A stretch of DNA of 64,000 nucleotides. Source: Myxococcota bacterium. Its GTDB lineage: Bacteria > Myxococcota_A > SURF-8. Positions 38,548 to 49,653 of this stretch are shown here, in pieces (position 1 is the first letter of the stretch; every line of letters begins with the position of its first letter). The translations under genes and the position numbers were made by a program. The notes below the pieces were generated by a model, which saw nothing but the letters and a program-made list of their open reading frames with translations, ran no database searches and was not told the origin of the DNA. Location: NCBI GenBank assembly GCA_965140415.1, contig OZ223209.1:352001-416000 (forward strand), read 5' to 3'.

Positions 38548-38681
38548 GGTGCGTTCTCCTTCTTCATGGCAGACAATAGTGCCTATCTGGACAGTCCGAG
38601 CCGTCAGATTATGACTCTTAACCTGATATAGTGTAGCGTATTCGCGTAGGTGCTGCAATCTCTTGAAGTCGGATTGTTTCG

Positions 38682-39347
38682 CTATTTTTGCGGGAGATTG
38701 GCACGCAGGGAAGCGATGGCCTGGGCGTAGTCATCTTTGCCGAAAATCGCCGAACCGGCCACGAACACATCCACTCCCGCCTCGGCAGCGGCAGCGATGG
38801 TATCCGGCGCGATGCCGCCGTCCATTTGAATGCGGCAGGACAGGCCACGCTCTTCGATCTGTTCGCGCAGACGTCGCGCTTTAGGCAACACGGAGGGGAT
38901 GAAGGATTGTCCACCGAATCCGGGATTGACGCTCATCAGTACGACCAGATCCAAGTCATCCAGCAGGTAGTCCAGTACATTGAGTGGTGTATGGGGATTC
39001 AGCGCCACTCCGGCCTTTTTTCCCAATGAGCGAATCAACTGTACGGTTCGATGCAAGTGCGGGCAGGCTTCGGCATGTACCGCGATCCAGTCTGCGCCTG
39101 CCTTCGCAAAATCAGGGATGTAGCGATCCGGCTGCTCGATCATCAGGTGCACGTCGAAGGGTTTATCCGTTACCGAGCGAATCGACTGCACGATCAGCGG
39201 ACCAAAAGTCAGATTCGGTACGAAGTGACCGTCCATCACATCGATATGCACCCAGTCGGCACCATCGGCCACCACTTGCTTTACTTCTTCGCCCAAGCGC
39301 GAGAAATCGGCGGACAAAATGGAAGGGGCGATCTTGAAATCGGGCAT
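38682..39347 (-). CDS. rpe: Ribulose-phosphate 3-epimerase
   Basis: [47 protein letters not shown]. Confidence 0.97.
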   Translation of the reverse strand: MPDFKIAPSILSADFSRLGEEVKQVVADGADWVHIDVMDGHFVPNLTFGPLIVQSIRSVTDKPFDVHLMIEQPDRYIPDFAKAGADWIAVHAEACPHLHRTVQLIRSLGKKAGVALNPHTPLNVLDYLLDDLDLVVLMSVNPGFGGQSFIPSVLPKARRLREQIEERGLSCRIQMDGGIAPDTIAAAAEAGVDVFVAGSAIFGKDDYAQAIASLRANLPQK

Positions 39348-39612
39348 CCTAATTCTCCTGGCTCATCGTGGAAATTGCATTCTCGTCTGTATCACAATGT
39401 GGACCGCTTTGCAATGCCGGGCAAGTAGGAATGTGAGCCTAAACCCACCTTGCAAACCAGGAAAATGAAATTCGCCCTTGCGGATCGGAAAATCGACCTT
39501 ATGGTTTCTTCAGAGAACGGATGTCGAACCGTACCGAACTTCCGCTGATGCTACGGAAAAACCTCCAAGCGCAACAGTGATTTGACTTTTTGATTAGAAA
39601 GGTGAGTTTAGA

Positions 39613-40026
39613 ATGAGCAACAATCCCATGGAATTGACGATCAGCCTGCCCGGCGGAAAGCGCGTAGATGCGCAATATATGAATTTCGAAATCAAAACCG
39701 ACCAGTCCGTCAAAGTGGGCGGAGGTGGCACGGCTCCCGAGCCGTATACACTGTTTCTGGCTTCGTTAGGCACCTGCGCCGGTATTTACGTCGTGGGCTT
39801 TTGTCAGAGCCGAAATCTGGACTATGAAGGCATTACCATCAAGCAACGCCTGATTCCCGATGCGGAAGGCAAGAAAATCGGCGAGATCGCTTTGGACATC
39901 CAGGTGCCGCCCGAATTTCCCGAAAAATACTACGATGCCCTGGTGCGTTCCGCCAATCAGTGCGCCGTAAAGAAAACCATCGAGAATCCACCGAAGTTCA
40001 GCATTCAAACGGTTGTCAACAACTGA
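39613..40026 (+). CDS. OsmC family protein
   Basis: TDQ....GG...P.P..LFLASLGTC ... CAVKK. Confidence 0.85.
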   Translation: MSNNPMELTISLPGGKRVDAQYMNFEIKTDQSVKVGGGGTAPEPYTLFLASLGTCAGIYVVGFCQSRNLDYEGITIKQRLIPDAEGKKIGEIALDIQVPPEFPEKYYDALVRSANQCAVKKTIENPPKFSIQTVVNN

Positions 40027-40050
40027 TTGCATAATCTGATCAACTTCTAC

Positions 40051-40093
40051 ACGCCCCTGGTTTCGGATGCTTCCGGAGTCAGGGGCGTTTTTT
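40051..40093 (+). terminator. Rho-independent terminator
   Basis: ACGCCCCTG...CAGGGGCGT stem followed by T-tract after the OsmC gene. Confidence 0.75.
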
Positions 40094-40302
40094 GCTTCAA
40101 CAATTCTCTTTAAAGACCTCTAAAAAACCTGTTTCCGGCGGGTGCGTCTAAAAAAGACATATGAAGGCAAGTATCCTTGTTTAAAAATGCTACTTTGCTT
40201 GCAACAATTTTTATGACCCATAAGGTGCTGATAACAGTGAGAATTATTAAGATTGTGTCAGCACGATTTCACCTGGATTTACAATAATTCAAAATTAATC
40301 TA

Positions 40303-40331
40303 TTGCCAACCGGTAGCATTTGGGTTATATA
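40303..40331 (+). promoter_or_regulatory. Candidate sigma70 promoter giving ~160-nt csp 5' UTR
   Basis: TTGCCA-17 bp-TATATA; long leaders are typical of csp genes. Confidence 0.45.
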
Positions 40332-40497
40332 ACAAATTAGGGGAATTGTAGACAGATCGAAGTTTTGGAAGCTAATCAAAGCCAGGGGGTGGGCACTTCG
40401 CTGTTTGACAATTAAACAGGGTATCAATTTCCCGCATCTGGGGCGGGGAAAGAAAACGAGGGGAAGAGAAAAGTATGTGCAGTAAAGGGGGTTCATC

Positions 40498-40767
40498 ATG
40501 AGTATGGAAGTCGGCAAAGTTAAATGGTTCAATGATGCTAAAGGGTTTGGCTTTATCAAAAGAGACACGGATGAAGATGTATTCGTACATTACACAGCCA
40601 TCGAGGGGACTGGATTTCGATCTCTTTATGAAGGCCAGGAAGTCGAATTTGAATTAACGCAAGGGCCCAAAGGTCTATTGGCCAAGAAGGTCATCAAACT
40701 GGAGCGCAAAAACGCTCTAGCCGGGGAAGACAACTTGGAATCTGGCGAAACAGCCGCTACAGCCTAA
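40498..40767 (+). CDS. Cold-shock domain protein
   Basis: [15 protein letters not shown] (RNP1), DVFVHY (RNP2), GPKG; ~20-aa C-terminal tail. Confidence 0.95.
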   Translation: MSMEVGKVKWFNDAKGFGFIKRDTDEDVFVHYTAIEGTGFRSLYEGQEVEFELTQGPKGLLAKKVIKLERKNALAGEDNLESGETAATA

Positions 40768-40796
40768 TCGAAATTTACTTTCCTTCCGCCCCACAT

Positions 40797-40826
40797 GGCC
40801 CGATGCTTTAGCATCGGGCCTTTTTT
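40797..40826 (+). terminator. Rho-independent terminator
   Basis: GGCCCGATGC-TTTA-GCATCGGGCC followed by TTTTTT. Confidence 0.85.
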
Positions 40827-40937
40827 GTTTGGCGGCGATCCCGCTGCCGCTACATTTGCATTACGGAGCGAATCTGTTATGACTATCTGCTGGTGTATAC
40901 CTGTCTGTTATAACTATCCGAAGTGGGAGTGTGTAAT

Positions 40938-41732
40938 ATGAGTGAAACGTGGGATTGGACTTTGGCCGCCCGCCGTCATCCACAGGGACGGGAAATCCTG
41001 CGCCAGCTCGGGCGCGCCTCGATCGACTTCGAGTTGATCGAAGCCGGCGACCGCATCCTCGTTGCCTGCTCGGGTGGCAAGGACAGCTATACACTGTTGT
41101 GGGCGATGGAGCGGGTTCGACAGCGGGTACCCTTTACCTTCGAAATCGTGCCATTGAACATCGATATGGGTTTCGGTCAGTTCGAACAGGCGGTTATCGG
41201 CGACTATATCCGTAACCAGGGATTGGATGTGGAACTGGTGCAGGAAAACGCCGGAATGGTGATTGAAAAAAAGATCGGGCAGCAGGGAAACGCCTGCTGG
41301 CTTTGCGCGAGACTGCGCCGGGGAATCCTGTATACACAGGCCAAGCGCTTGAACTGCAACAAAATCGCGTTGGGACATCACGCCGATGACAGTATCGAAA
41401 CGTTGTTGATCAATCAGTTTTTCGCAGGACGCATCAAGGCCATGCCGCCTAAACTGCGTACCGATGACGGCAGCCTGCTGGTGATTCGTCCCTTGATTTA
41501 TTGCTATGAAGCCACGATTCGGCAATTTGCGGCGGATATGAAATTCCCGCTGGTCGGTTGCAACTGTGCCTATGGATCGGGTTTGGACGACGGGCAGCGG
41601 CTTGAAACGAAAAAGCTGATCGAAGAGCTTTCCCAGCGCATTCCGGATCTGCGCTCCCACCTATTAGCCAGTCTGACACATGTGGTCCCCGATCACCTGA
41701 TGGATCGTGATCTATTCGATTTCAAACTGTAG
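40938..41732 (+). CDS. ttcA: tRNA 2-thiocytidine(32) synthetase
   Basis: PP-loop SGGKDS, CWLCARLRRG, ALGHHADD, MPPKL, IRPL. Confidence 0.9.
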   Translation: MSETWDWTLAARRHPQGREILRQLGRASIDFELIEAGDRILVACSGGKDSYTLLWAMERVRQRVPFTFEIVPLNIDMGFGQFEQAVIGDYIRNQGLDVELVQENAGMVIEKKIGQQGNACWLCARLRRGILYTQAKRLNCNKIALGHHADDSIETLLINQFFAGRIKAMPPKLRTDDGSLLVIRPLIYCYEATIRQFAADMKFPLVGCNCAYGSGLDDGQRLETKKLIEELSQRIPDLRSHLLASLTHVVPDHLMDRDLFDFKL

Positions 41733-41744
41733 CGCTTGGGGAGG

Positions 41745-42749
41745 TTAAGGGGTCGGCTTCTTTTTGGAAACTGTGTGGATCACGATTTCGGCCTGCACGA
41801 AATGATGATCGGAAATCCCTTTGGAATCCAGGCGCTGAATACGTTTAACCTGTGCAGAGCCATCGGCCAACACGCCATCGATTGTCACCAGCGGTTCCGG
41901 TAGCGGATAGGTTGGCGAACAAACAGGAGTTTGCTCCGGTATCAATCCCAGTAGCTTCGGCCAGAAATTTCCAGATATCTTCGAAGCGTTCCAACCGTGA
42001 ACCGCCATCAATTCCTGTGGCAGTGCCGCCGGGCTAGCTTGCGGTAAGGGCTGGTTGAAATCTCCACCGAGAATCCAACCGGATTTCGGTAAAACTTTTA
42101 CGATTCGTTCAAGCTGGATGCGCCGGTTCTCATCGCTGCGATAGTCAAGGTGGGTCACTCCCACCCACAGTGATTCACCGGACGGCAAGGGCCATTGTCC
42201 GGATAGCAGCACCCGCGATTCATTGACCGGCCAGCCTTCGTTTTCCGGCGGATTGGGTAGCAGTGCGCGTTGTATCTGCTGTAGCGGTTTTCGTGAAAGC
42301 AGGGCAATGCCATAGCGACAATCTTTCAATACCTGCGGCATCGCGGCGGTGGGTTGCCCCCAGCTATCCAGTGTCACCGCGCGATAGGCGTGCATACCGA
42401 GTCTCTCGGCCAAAAACGCCGCCTGATCGATACACCCGCTGCGGCGGGCATCGAAATCAACTTCCTGCAACAACAGCAGATCCGGTTTGACTTGCGCAAA
42501 CAGCGTTGCCGCCCGCTCCAGTTGGATGCGGATGTCATCTTCGGATTTTCCCTGCGGCGGCATTGTCTCTACGCCTGCCGCGACGTGCAGGTTGGCGCTG
42601 ACGACTGTCAAATGCAATGCGGAAGGTGAAGCGGTTTCGACATTCATTTCTTGTTGCGAGGGTGAAGCTGATTGAGGGGCTGCGGTCAAGTTTACCCACG
42701 CACCCCAAACCAACAATAAAACAGCCGGCACTAGCCAGTTCGACTTCAT
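41745..42749 (-). CDS. Secreted endonuclease/exonuclease/phosphatase (EEP) family protein
   Basis: Signal peptide; SANLH, LLQEVD, THLD, GGDFN, ID, SDH. Confidence 0.85.
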   Translation of the reverse strand: MKSNWLVPAVLLLVWGAWVNLTAAPQSASPSQQEMNVETASPSALHLTVVSANLHVAAGVETMPPQGKSEDDIRIQLERAATLFAQVKPDLLLLQEVDFDARRSGCIDQAAFLAERLGMHAYRAVTLDSWGQPTAAMPQVLKDCRYGIALLSRKPLQQIQRALLPNPPENEGWPVNESRVLLSGQWPLPSGESLWVGVTHLDYRSDENRRIQLERIVKVLPKSGWILGGDFNQPLPQASPAALPQELMAVHGWNASKISGNFWPKLLGLIPEQTPVCSPTYPLPEPLVTIDGVLADGSAQVKRIQRLDSKGISDHHFVQAEIVIHTVSKKKPTP

Positions 42750-42790
42750 GTTGTTACGTTTCGTTTCGACGGTTTTTTGGCTTCGATCCG

Positions 42791-44218
42791 TCAATCCCAG
42801 GGATTCCAGGGAATGTTCTTCTTTTCCATTACTTCCCAATTACCATTCATGATGCCGTGTACCGACCATAGCTCGTCTTCAGGCTCTTTAATGCCGATAT
42901 AGGCCCGGTCATCCATCGGGAAAAACACCACCTGGACTTCCGCTTTCTTGCTGCATTTCAAGGTATGCAGCAATTTCAATTGGGAGTAACCACCATCCCG
43001 TTTGAATATCATCACGCCGCCGCTTTTGACCCGGGTCACGAGTTCCAACTCGCCTTTCGGATCGATGTCCGCCAACCAGGCATCTTTGAACTGGTTCGGA
43101 CTGATGGGCGGCTCTCCACCATAGGCGCGCGAGGCGTCGTAAAGCGGATGCAGTCTGGGATCGGTTCCGCTTTTGGCTACGAAACCGGTTCCATATTTAC
43201 CGAAAGAAAGACTCGGGCGAGGATTGTCGATGTCGAATACATATGTCTTTGACTTGGGATCTTGCGAGGCGATCAGTTTGCCGCCATCCGTGCTCCAGTG
43301 TCCGACATGCGTTACGGATTCAAAGGGAGCAACGACATACATTTCCATCACACCGGAAAGGTACATGCATACAAAGGCTCCGGTTGGATTGACAAAACAG
43401 GGTGGATGCTCCAATTCGGCCAGCGGCGGAATAACATATGGCTGGGTGCTGATCCTGAACTTGTTGGGTACCAACAGTCCAATTTTGTTGGGCATCGGCG
43501 GGTTTACGGTGGGATACAAATAAGGTTCGACAACCTCCATAACCAGTTGCATCGCCATTCCACGCTTTGCATCGACCTTGATCGGCTGCTCCAGATTATA
43601 GTATTTTCCACCCGTCATTTGGGTGTCGATGCCTAAGCTCCGAACCAGGATTTTTTTCAGTTCTCCGGTATGCTTGATGTCCGGCGCGGCATCTTTCTTG
43701 TCCAGTTTTTCCTGACCGGGTAATGGCTCCAGTTCCGGTACGCCATCCAGGCCAAAATTGACATACTCTACCGGTCCCAGATATAGCGTCACCCGCACTT
43801 TTTCCAGATTCTTCGGAGGAAATTTCTCCATTTTCGACGGTTCGGGAAGTTCACCAATGAAAAATCCCTGGATTTCATCGATATCCTTCTGTAGCAACGC
43901 GGCATAGGAAACCATTTTCAGCGACTGGTCGAAATCCTGGTATTCCTGACCGGCATTTTCCAGCACCGGCAAGGTGCCTTGTGTCTTTTCTCTCACGATC
44001 ACAAAACGATCGAAGTAATACACGCTTTGCAGATCCTGTTGTCTGGCAATCGGATAATTCCAGATATCTTCCGGCGAACCAAGATCGGGTTGTTCGGCTT
44101 GTGCAGCTGAGTTCTGCGGTTGCGACTTTTCAGCCGGTTTGTTATCCGCTTTTTCGCTACAGGCAAAAATCGCTAGGGAAAGCAATAAGATGATAAGGAC
44201 GCAAACCCATCGCTTCAT
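42791..44218 (-). CDS. Hypothetical lipoprotein
   Basis: MKRW...IFA-C lipobox; no family recognised. Confidence 0.7.
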   Translation of the reverse strand: MKRWVCVLIILLLSLAIFACSEKADNKPAEKSQPQNSAAQAEQPDLGSPEDIWNYPIARQQDLQSVYYFDRFVIVREKTQGTLPVLENAGQEYQDFDQSLKMVSYAALLQKDIDEIQGFFIGELPEPSKMEKFPPKNLEKVRVTLYLGPVEYVNFGLDGVPELEPLPGQEKLDKKDAAPDIKHTGELKKILVRSLGIDTQMTGGKYYNLEQPIKVDAKRGMAMQLVMEVVEPYLYPTVNPPMPNKIGLLVPNKFRISTQPYVIPPLAELEHPPCFVNPTGAFVCMYLSGVMEMYVVAPFESVTHVGHWSTDGGKLIASQDPKSKTYVFDIDNPRPSLSFGKYGTGFVAKSGTDPRLHPLYDASRAYGGEPPISPNQFKDAWLADIDPKGELELVTRVKSGGVMIFKRDGGYSQLKLLHTLKCSKKAEVQVVFFPMDDRAYIGIKEPEDELWSVHGIMNGNWEVMEKKNIPWNPWD

Positions 44219-44341
44219 GGTGGTTCTCCCCATCGTCACCGCTCCACCAAACGGAACGGTTCGTTAATAAAGCACCAACTGTACTGTTGTAGCACAGCCG
44301 GTCAGCCCTCGCAATGGGGAACGAATATCAGACCCCGAATA

Positions 44342-46480
44342 TCACGCTTGCAAACGTCGCCTGATCCAGGGGAGAGATAGAAGCAGGATCACCCACGGCA
44401 ATGCGGATGTTCCGGTTTGATGACAACCGGAACTGCTGCCGCCTCCATCGTCTCCGTCCACCTGGGGGGTGCCGGTCGAGTCGTCTTCGTCGCCATCAGT
44501 CCAGTTGATGTCCGGGGGAATGTATGGGTTGCTGTCTCCATCGGTGACAACGGTATCGCCATCGGTCAAGGAATCGCCGTCGGTTACTGTATCACCGTCG
44601 GTCGGATTGCCGTCACCGTCGGTAACGCCGCCGACGCAGACATTCTCTACGCATTGCGCCTGGTTGGCGCAATCGGAATCTTGGGTGCATTCGACACAAA
44701 CCGTTCCCTGGGAACACACCGGCGTATCGGCGGGGCAGTCGCCGCAGGAGCCGTTACAGCCGTTATCACCGCAGATTTTACCCGTACAATCCGGCTCGCA
44801 ACCGCAGATGCCGCCGACGCATTCTTCCCCGTTTTCGCAGCTGCCGCAGGAACCACCACAGCCATCCGAGCCGCAGTTTCGATTGGTGCAATCCGGGTTA
44901 CACACGCAGTGGCCATTCTCGCATTCTTCACTGACCGAACACAGGCCACAGGAGCCGCCGCAACCGTCGTCGCCGCAATCTCGTCCCAGGCAACTGGGTG
45001 TGCATTCACATTGCCCCGCGATGCAGGCCACGCCGTCATCGCACTGGCCGCAATAACCGCCGCAGCCGTCCGGCCCGCATTCCCGACCATCGCAATGCGG
45101 GGTGCATTGACAGATGCCGTTGGAACAGGGAATGCCGTTTAAACAACTGCCACAGGAGCCGCCGCAGCCATCATCACCGCATTCCTTGCCGTCGCAATCC
45201 GGGGTGCAATCGCAGACACCGTTTACGCAGTCGATGCCGGTAGGACAAGTTCCGCAGCTGCCGCCGCAACCGTTAGGACCGCAATTCTTTCCCTGGCAAT
45301 CCGGGGTGCATTGGCAGACACCCGGTGAAAGACAGCGTCCGCCATCGCCGCAGTTGCGCACCGGTAATTGGTAATCGTTGCAATCCCGATCCCACATGCC
45401 GCATTCGCAGTCGCAGTATTGTTCATCCCAGAATTTGTTTAAATCACAAGTCCAGTATTCCGTTTGATCCTGGGTGGCTTCCGCTTCGGAATCGACCCGC
45501 ATGGAGTCCGCGCCGCTACTATAGCGGCAAGAGCAGGAATAGTCGTACCAGCCATTGACCGAGTAGGAGTTGGCCGCTGCAATGCGATACGCACCGCTGC
45601 TGTAATAGTAACTCGGACCGCCGCTCATGCCGCTGATGAGGATATCGGCGAAACAGATGGTGTAGTCGTTCACTTCGTTGACGCTGGCGCTATCATGCAC
45701 CAGGTAATAGCCGGTGAAACCTTCCGCACCCGGATATCCAGCGGCGCGGATTGTACCGTAGTAATTGCTGCTACTGCCGCCATACATCGGGGAGTGCCAG
45801 CCGGTCAGCGCACCGATATTGTGGTTGACGGTCAACACCGCGTAATCGCCACGGAAATCTTCACTTTGTACCCACCAGGATGTCGTATGGACGCCGTCGG
45901 CTTTGACTTCCGTACCACCGAAAGGCGTGGAGTAACCGGCGGAAGAACTGGCCGGGTAGACTTCGATGCTCGACGCCCAGCCGTAGCTTTCCGAGTCGTG
46001 ACTGAACACACAATGTCCGGCGGTGAAAATTGTATGCTGGCCGATGACCGTGCCCGAGCAGCCCGCCATCACGTTATTGGGAAAGGTCATCACCAACTTC
46101 ACCACGGTACGGAACATGGTATCGTTCCAGGGTTTTTCTTCCAATACGGGCGAACGCCCGGCTTTGCTGTCTTTCGGCTCAAGCTGGACAACGTCCATTT
46201 CCGGGGGTTGTACAGCTTCGGATACGTCGAAATCGCGGAAGGTGGTTTCGCCGGTTCGAAGATCGTAGCGCACTTTTTGCAGCGGCTCGCTCGGCAAGGT
46301 GCTTGCATCGCGGAAGCGGGCGGCCTGCTCCGGTTCCAGCGTTATACCCATGGGGCGGATACAGTCTTCGCCTCGCCATTCGCAGGGTCCATAGCTGACT
46401 TTCGCCGATGCCGGAGCGACTACGAACAGCAAGAGCAGTAAAGATAGGACAGATACAACTGTGGCAGGGCGGGCAAACAT
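44342..46480 (-). CDS. Trypsin/V8-like serine protease with Cys-rich repeats and MYXO-CTERM-like anchor
   Basis: Signal peptide (ASA); TAGHC, DYAVL, GMSGGP triad; six CTPDC.GK.CG.DGCGGSCG.C repeats; C-terminal SSGC...LLLSLPWIRRR. Confidence 0.88.
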   Translation of the reverse strand: MFARPATVVSVLSLLLLLFVVAPASAKVSYGPCEWRGEDCIRPMGITLEPEQAARFRDASTLPSEPLQKVRYDLRTGETTFRDFDVSEAVQPPEMDVVQLEPKDSKAGRSPVLEEKPWNDTMFRTVVKLVMTFPNNVMAGCSGTVIGQHTIFTAGHCVFSHDSESYGWASSIEVYPASSSAGYSTPFGGTEVKADGVHTTSWWVQSEDFRGDYAVLTVNHNIGALTGWHSPMYGGSSSNYYGTIRAAGYPGAEGFTGYYLVHDSASVNEVNDYTICFADILISGMSGGPSYYYSSGAYRIAAANSYSVNGWYDYSCSCRYSSGADSMRVDSEAEATQDQTEYWTCDLNKFWDEQYCDCECGMWDRDCNDYQLPVRNCGDGGRCLSPGVCQCTPDCQGKNCGPNGCGGSCGTCPTGIDCVNGVCDCTPDCDGKECGDDGCGGSCGSCLNGIPCSNGICQCTPHCDGRECGPDGCGGYCGQCDDGVACIAGQCECTPSCLGRDCGDDGCGGSCGLCSVSEECENGHCVCNPDCTNRNCGSDGCGGSCGSCENGEECVGGICGCEPDCTGKICGDNGCNGSCGDCPADTPVCSQGTVCVECTQDSDCANQAQCVENVCVGGVTDGDGNPTDGDTVTDGDSLTDGDTVVTDGDSNPYIPPDINWTDGDEDDSTGTPQVDGDDGGGSSSGCHQTGTSALPWVILLLSLPWIRRRLQA
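44694..45310 (-). repeat. Six ~102-bp repeats encoding 34-aa Cys/Gly modules
   Basis: Repeated C-x-P-x-C-x-G-x-x-CG-x-DGCGG-x-CG-x-C. Confidence 0.85.
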
Positions 46481-46682
46481 CGGATCTCCTTTCGCGGGGC
46501 AGCAAAGCAATGCGGCGAACTCATGCCATTTATTTGCTATCTGGCGAGCCCAAAAAAACGAACCACCGAGGCATGGATCTGTTGAAACCACGAAATAAAA
46601 CGTGACATCAAATCCAACAAAGCAGTGTAGCAGTATTAATTCCAACGTCAAGGCTTTGTTCCATTAATGGAAAACAAAATGC

Positions 46683-46711
46683 TTGCAAAAATGGACCCTT
46701 ACGTTTACATT
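46683..46711 (+). promoter_or_regulatory. Candidate sigma70 promoter for secA
   Basis: TTGCAA-17 bp-TACATT, ~40 bp before ATG. Confidence 0.45.
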
Positions 46712-46752
46712 CTCCAACCTTGAGGGAATTTATGTGTTTTGGAGGTAACCCG

Positions 46753-49626
46753 ATGTTTAAAGCGATCGGCGACAAATTGTTCGGAACCCGCCATGAACGT
46801 GAAATAAAACGGTTGCAGCCGTACGTGGACCAGATCAACAGCCTGGAAGACGATATCAAGAAACTGACCGACGACGGTATCCGGGCCCGTATGGCCGAAT
46901 TTCGCGAGAAAATCGCCATCGCTACGAAAGATGCCGGTGACCACGCACAATTACGCAAGATCGAAGAGGATATTCTGGCCGAACTGTTGCCGGAAACCTT
47001 TGCTTTGGTAAGAGAAGCCGCCTGGCGCAGTCTGGGAATGAGGCACTACGACGTGCAACTGGTCGGTGGCATGGCTCTGCATGGTGGTCGCATTGCCGAA
47101 ATGAAAACCGGTGAAGGTAAAACCCTGGTGGCGACTTTGCCCATGAGCCTGAACGCCTTGACCGGTCGCGGCGCACACCTGGTTACGGTCAACGATTATC
47201 TGGCAAAACGCGACTCCGAATGGATGGGGCGCGTCTATAAATTCCTCGGTTTTTCCGTAGGGTTGGTTGTCCATGGATTAAGCACCACAGCGCGCCGTGA
47301 GGCTTATGGAAGCGATATCATTTACGGCACCAATAACGAGTTCGGCTTCGATTATCTCCGTGATAACATGAAGTTCCGTTTGGCAGATTACGCCCAGCGC
47401 GACCTGCACTACGCCATCGTCGATGAGGTGGACTCCATTCTGATCGACGAAGCCCGTACTCCGCTGATTATTTCCGGTCAGGCAGAAGACAGCACCGACA
47501 AGTACTATCAGGTCAATACCGTCATCACCAAGCTGGTCAAGCTGGCACAGACCGAAGGCAAAAAGCGCGCCCAGGTGGCCGAGCGCAACATCGAGGAAGT
47601 GGTAGAGGAAGAAGGCTTACGCGCTATCGCCAGCACCATCAAGGGGCGCCGCAAGCGCAAGGATCTGGCCGGAGATTACTACTATTTCACCATCGACGAA
47701 AAGGGCCGCAACATCGTGCTTTCCGATGAAGGCGTCACCTGGGTAGAGGAAAACTTCAACGTCAATAACCTCTACGAACCGCAGAACATCGAGCTGTTGC
47801 ACCACGTCAATCAGGCGCTGCGCGCGCACATGATGTACAAGCGCGAGCAAGAGTACATCGTCAAAGACGGCCAGGTGGTAATCGTCGATGAATTTACAGG
47901 ACGTTTAATGCCGGGGCGGCGCTGGTCCGACGGTATGCACCAGGCGGTGGAAGCCAAGGAAGGCGTTAAAATTCAGAACGAAAACCAGACTTTAGCCTCG
48001 ATCACCTTCCAGAACTATTTCCGTATGTACGACAAACTGGCCGGTATGACCGGTACGGCGGAAACGGAAGCGGAGGAATTCAAGCAGATTTACGGCCTGG
48101 ACGTACTCACGATTCCCACCAATCTGCCCATGGTGCGCCAGGATCATCCCGATGTGGTTTTCCGCACGGTGAAAGAAAAATACGATGCGGTTGTCGAGGA
48201 AATCAAAGGCGTGTACGAAAAAGGCCAGCCGGTGCTGGTCGGTACGATCAGTATCGACAACTCCGAAAAGCTCTCTAAAATGCTCAAGCGCAAAGGCGTT
48301 AAGCACAACGTGTTGAACGCCAAGTTCCACGATAAGGAAGCCGAAATCGTCGCCCAGGCCGGACGCAAAGGTGCAGTGACCATCGCCACCAATATGGCCG
48401 GTCGCGGTACGGATATCGTGCTGGGCGGTAACCCGGAATTTCTGGCCTGGGAGGAAGTGACGCGCGAGGCGGAACTGGACGTGTTCAAGCAGGCGCTGGA
48501 GAAATACACCGAACAGTGCAAACAGGAAAAGAAATTTGTGTTGGAAAACGGTGGCTTATACATTCTAGGCACCGAGCGTCATGAATCGCGGCGCATCGAT
48601 AACCAGCTTCGTGGTCGTTCCGGTCGTCAAGGCGATCCGGGCGATTCGCGCTTTTTCCTGTCATTGGAAGACGACCTGATGCGCATCTTCGGCGGCGAGC
48701 GCATCAAGGCGATCATGGATCGCATCGGGGTGGAGGAAGGCCAGGTCATCGAACACGGCATGATCAGCCGGGCCATCGAAAAAGCACAGAAGCGGGTGGA
48801 AGGTCACAACTTCGACATTCGTAAAAACCTGCTCGAATATGACACCGTCATGAACGAACAGCGGCGTACCATCTACCGCATGCGGCGTGAAATCCTGGAA
48901 GGAAAAGAGCAGGAAGATCGCGTCCTTACCGCATTCGAGGATGTGGTCATCAGCCTGGTAAGCGAAGTCTGCCAGGGCCCCGCGCCGGAATGGGAAATGG
49001 ACCGGCTGATGGACGGCGTCAAGGGCATGTTCAACCTGGACCTGGATCTGCATTTCGATGCCCAGGACAAGGAAAACCTGCCCGATGTGGAACAGATCCA
49101 GGAGAAAGTCTATTATGCCGCCGAAACGGCCTACAAGCAGAAGGTAAGCAGCCTGGGCGAGCTTTTCGGCGATGGCGGCGAGAACTGGCGTCAGATGGAG
49201 CGTGAGCTGCATTTGCAGATTCTAGACAAGCTCTGGCGGGATCATCTGCTGCAAATGGATCACCTGAAGGAAGGCGTCAGCCTGCGCGGCTATGGCCAGA
49301 AAGATCCGAAGCAGGAGTACAAAAAAGAAGGCTTCGCGATGTTCGAAGCCTTGTTGGACCGCATTTCGCGGGAATTCGTGCAATATATCGCCCGTATTCA
49401 GATTCAGACCGAAGACGAACTGACCGAAATGCGCAAGAAGCAGGAAGAAGAACACGAACGGCGGCAGATGAACTTCGAGCGCGGACGCGCCAAAGAGCAG
49501 GGCAAAGCGCCCACCGTGCAGCGTGCCGTCGCCAAAATCGGTCGAAACGATCCCTGTCCCTGCGGCAGCGGCAAAAAATTCAAGAAATGCCATTGGGGTG
49601 AACCCGGCTACGAACAATACATGTAA
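46753..49626 (+). CDS. secA: Preprotein translocase ATPase SecA
   Basis: [84 protein letters not shown]. Confidence 0.99.
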   Translation: MFKAIGDKLFGTRHEREIKRLQPYVDQINSLEDDIKKLTDDGIRARMAEFREKIAIATKDAGDHAQLRKIEEDILAELLPETFALVREAAWRSLGMRHYDVQLVGGMALHGGRIAEMKTGEGKTLVATLPMSLNALTGRGAHLVTVNDYLAKRDSEWMGRVYKFLGFSVGLVVHGLSTTARREAYGSDIIYGTNNEFGFDYLRDNMKFRLADYAQRDLHYAIVDEVDSILIDEARTPLIISGQAEDSTDKYYQVNTVITKLVKLAQTEGKKRAQVAERNIEEVVEEEGLRAIASTIKGRRKRKDLAGDYYYFTIDEKGRNIVLSDEGVTWVEENFNVNNLYEPQNIELLHHVNQALRAHMMYKREQEYIVKDGQVVIVDEFTGRLMPGRRWSDGMHQAVEAKEGVKIQNENQTLASITFQNYFRMYDKLAGMTGTAETEAEEFKQIYGLDVLTIPTNLPMVRQDHPDVVFRTVKEKYDAVVEEIKGVYEKGQPVLVGTISIDNSEKLSKMLKRKGVKHNVLNAKFHDKEAEIVAQAGRKGAVTIATNMAGRGTDIVLGGNPEFLAWEEVTREAELDVFKQALEKYTEQCKQEKKFVLENGGLYILGTERHESRRIDNQLRGRSGRQGDPGDSRFFLSLEDDLMRIFGGERIKAIMDRIGVEEGQVIEHGMISRAIEKAQKRVEGHNFDIRKNLLEYDTVMNEQRRTIYRMRREILEGKEQEDRVLTAFEDVVISLVSEVCQGPAPEWEMDRLMDGVKGMFNLDLDLHFDAQDKENLPDVEQIQEKVYYAAETAYKQKVSSLGELFGDGGENWRQMERELHLQILDKLWRDHLLQMDHLKEGVSLRGYGQKDPKQEYKKEGFAMFEALLDRISREFVQYIARIQIQTEDELTEMRKKQEEEHERRQMNFERGRAKEQGKAPTVQRAVAKIGRNDPCPCGSGKKFKKCHWGEPGYEQYM

Positions 49627-49653
49627 GCCCATGGTGGATGAAAGCAGCCTGTG

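Noticed and set aside
39500-39600. Possible riboswitch upstream of the OsmC gene (GCTGATG segment)
   Set aside because: No convincing 5' stem or pseudoknot partner for a fluoride riboswitch; would need an Rfam scan.
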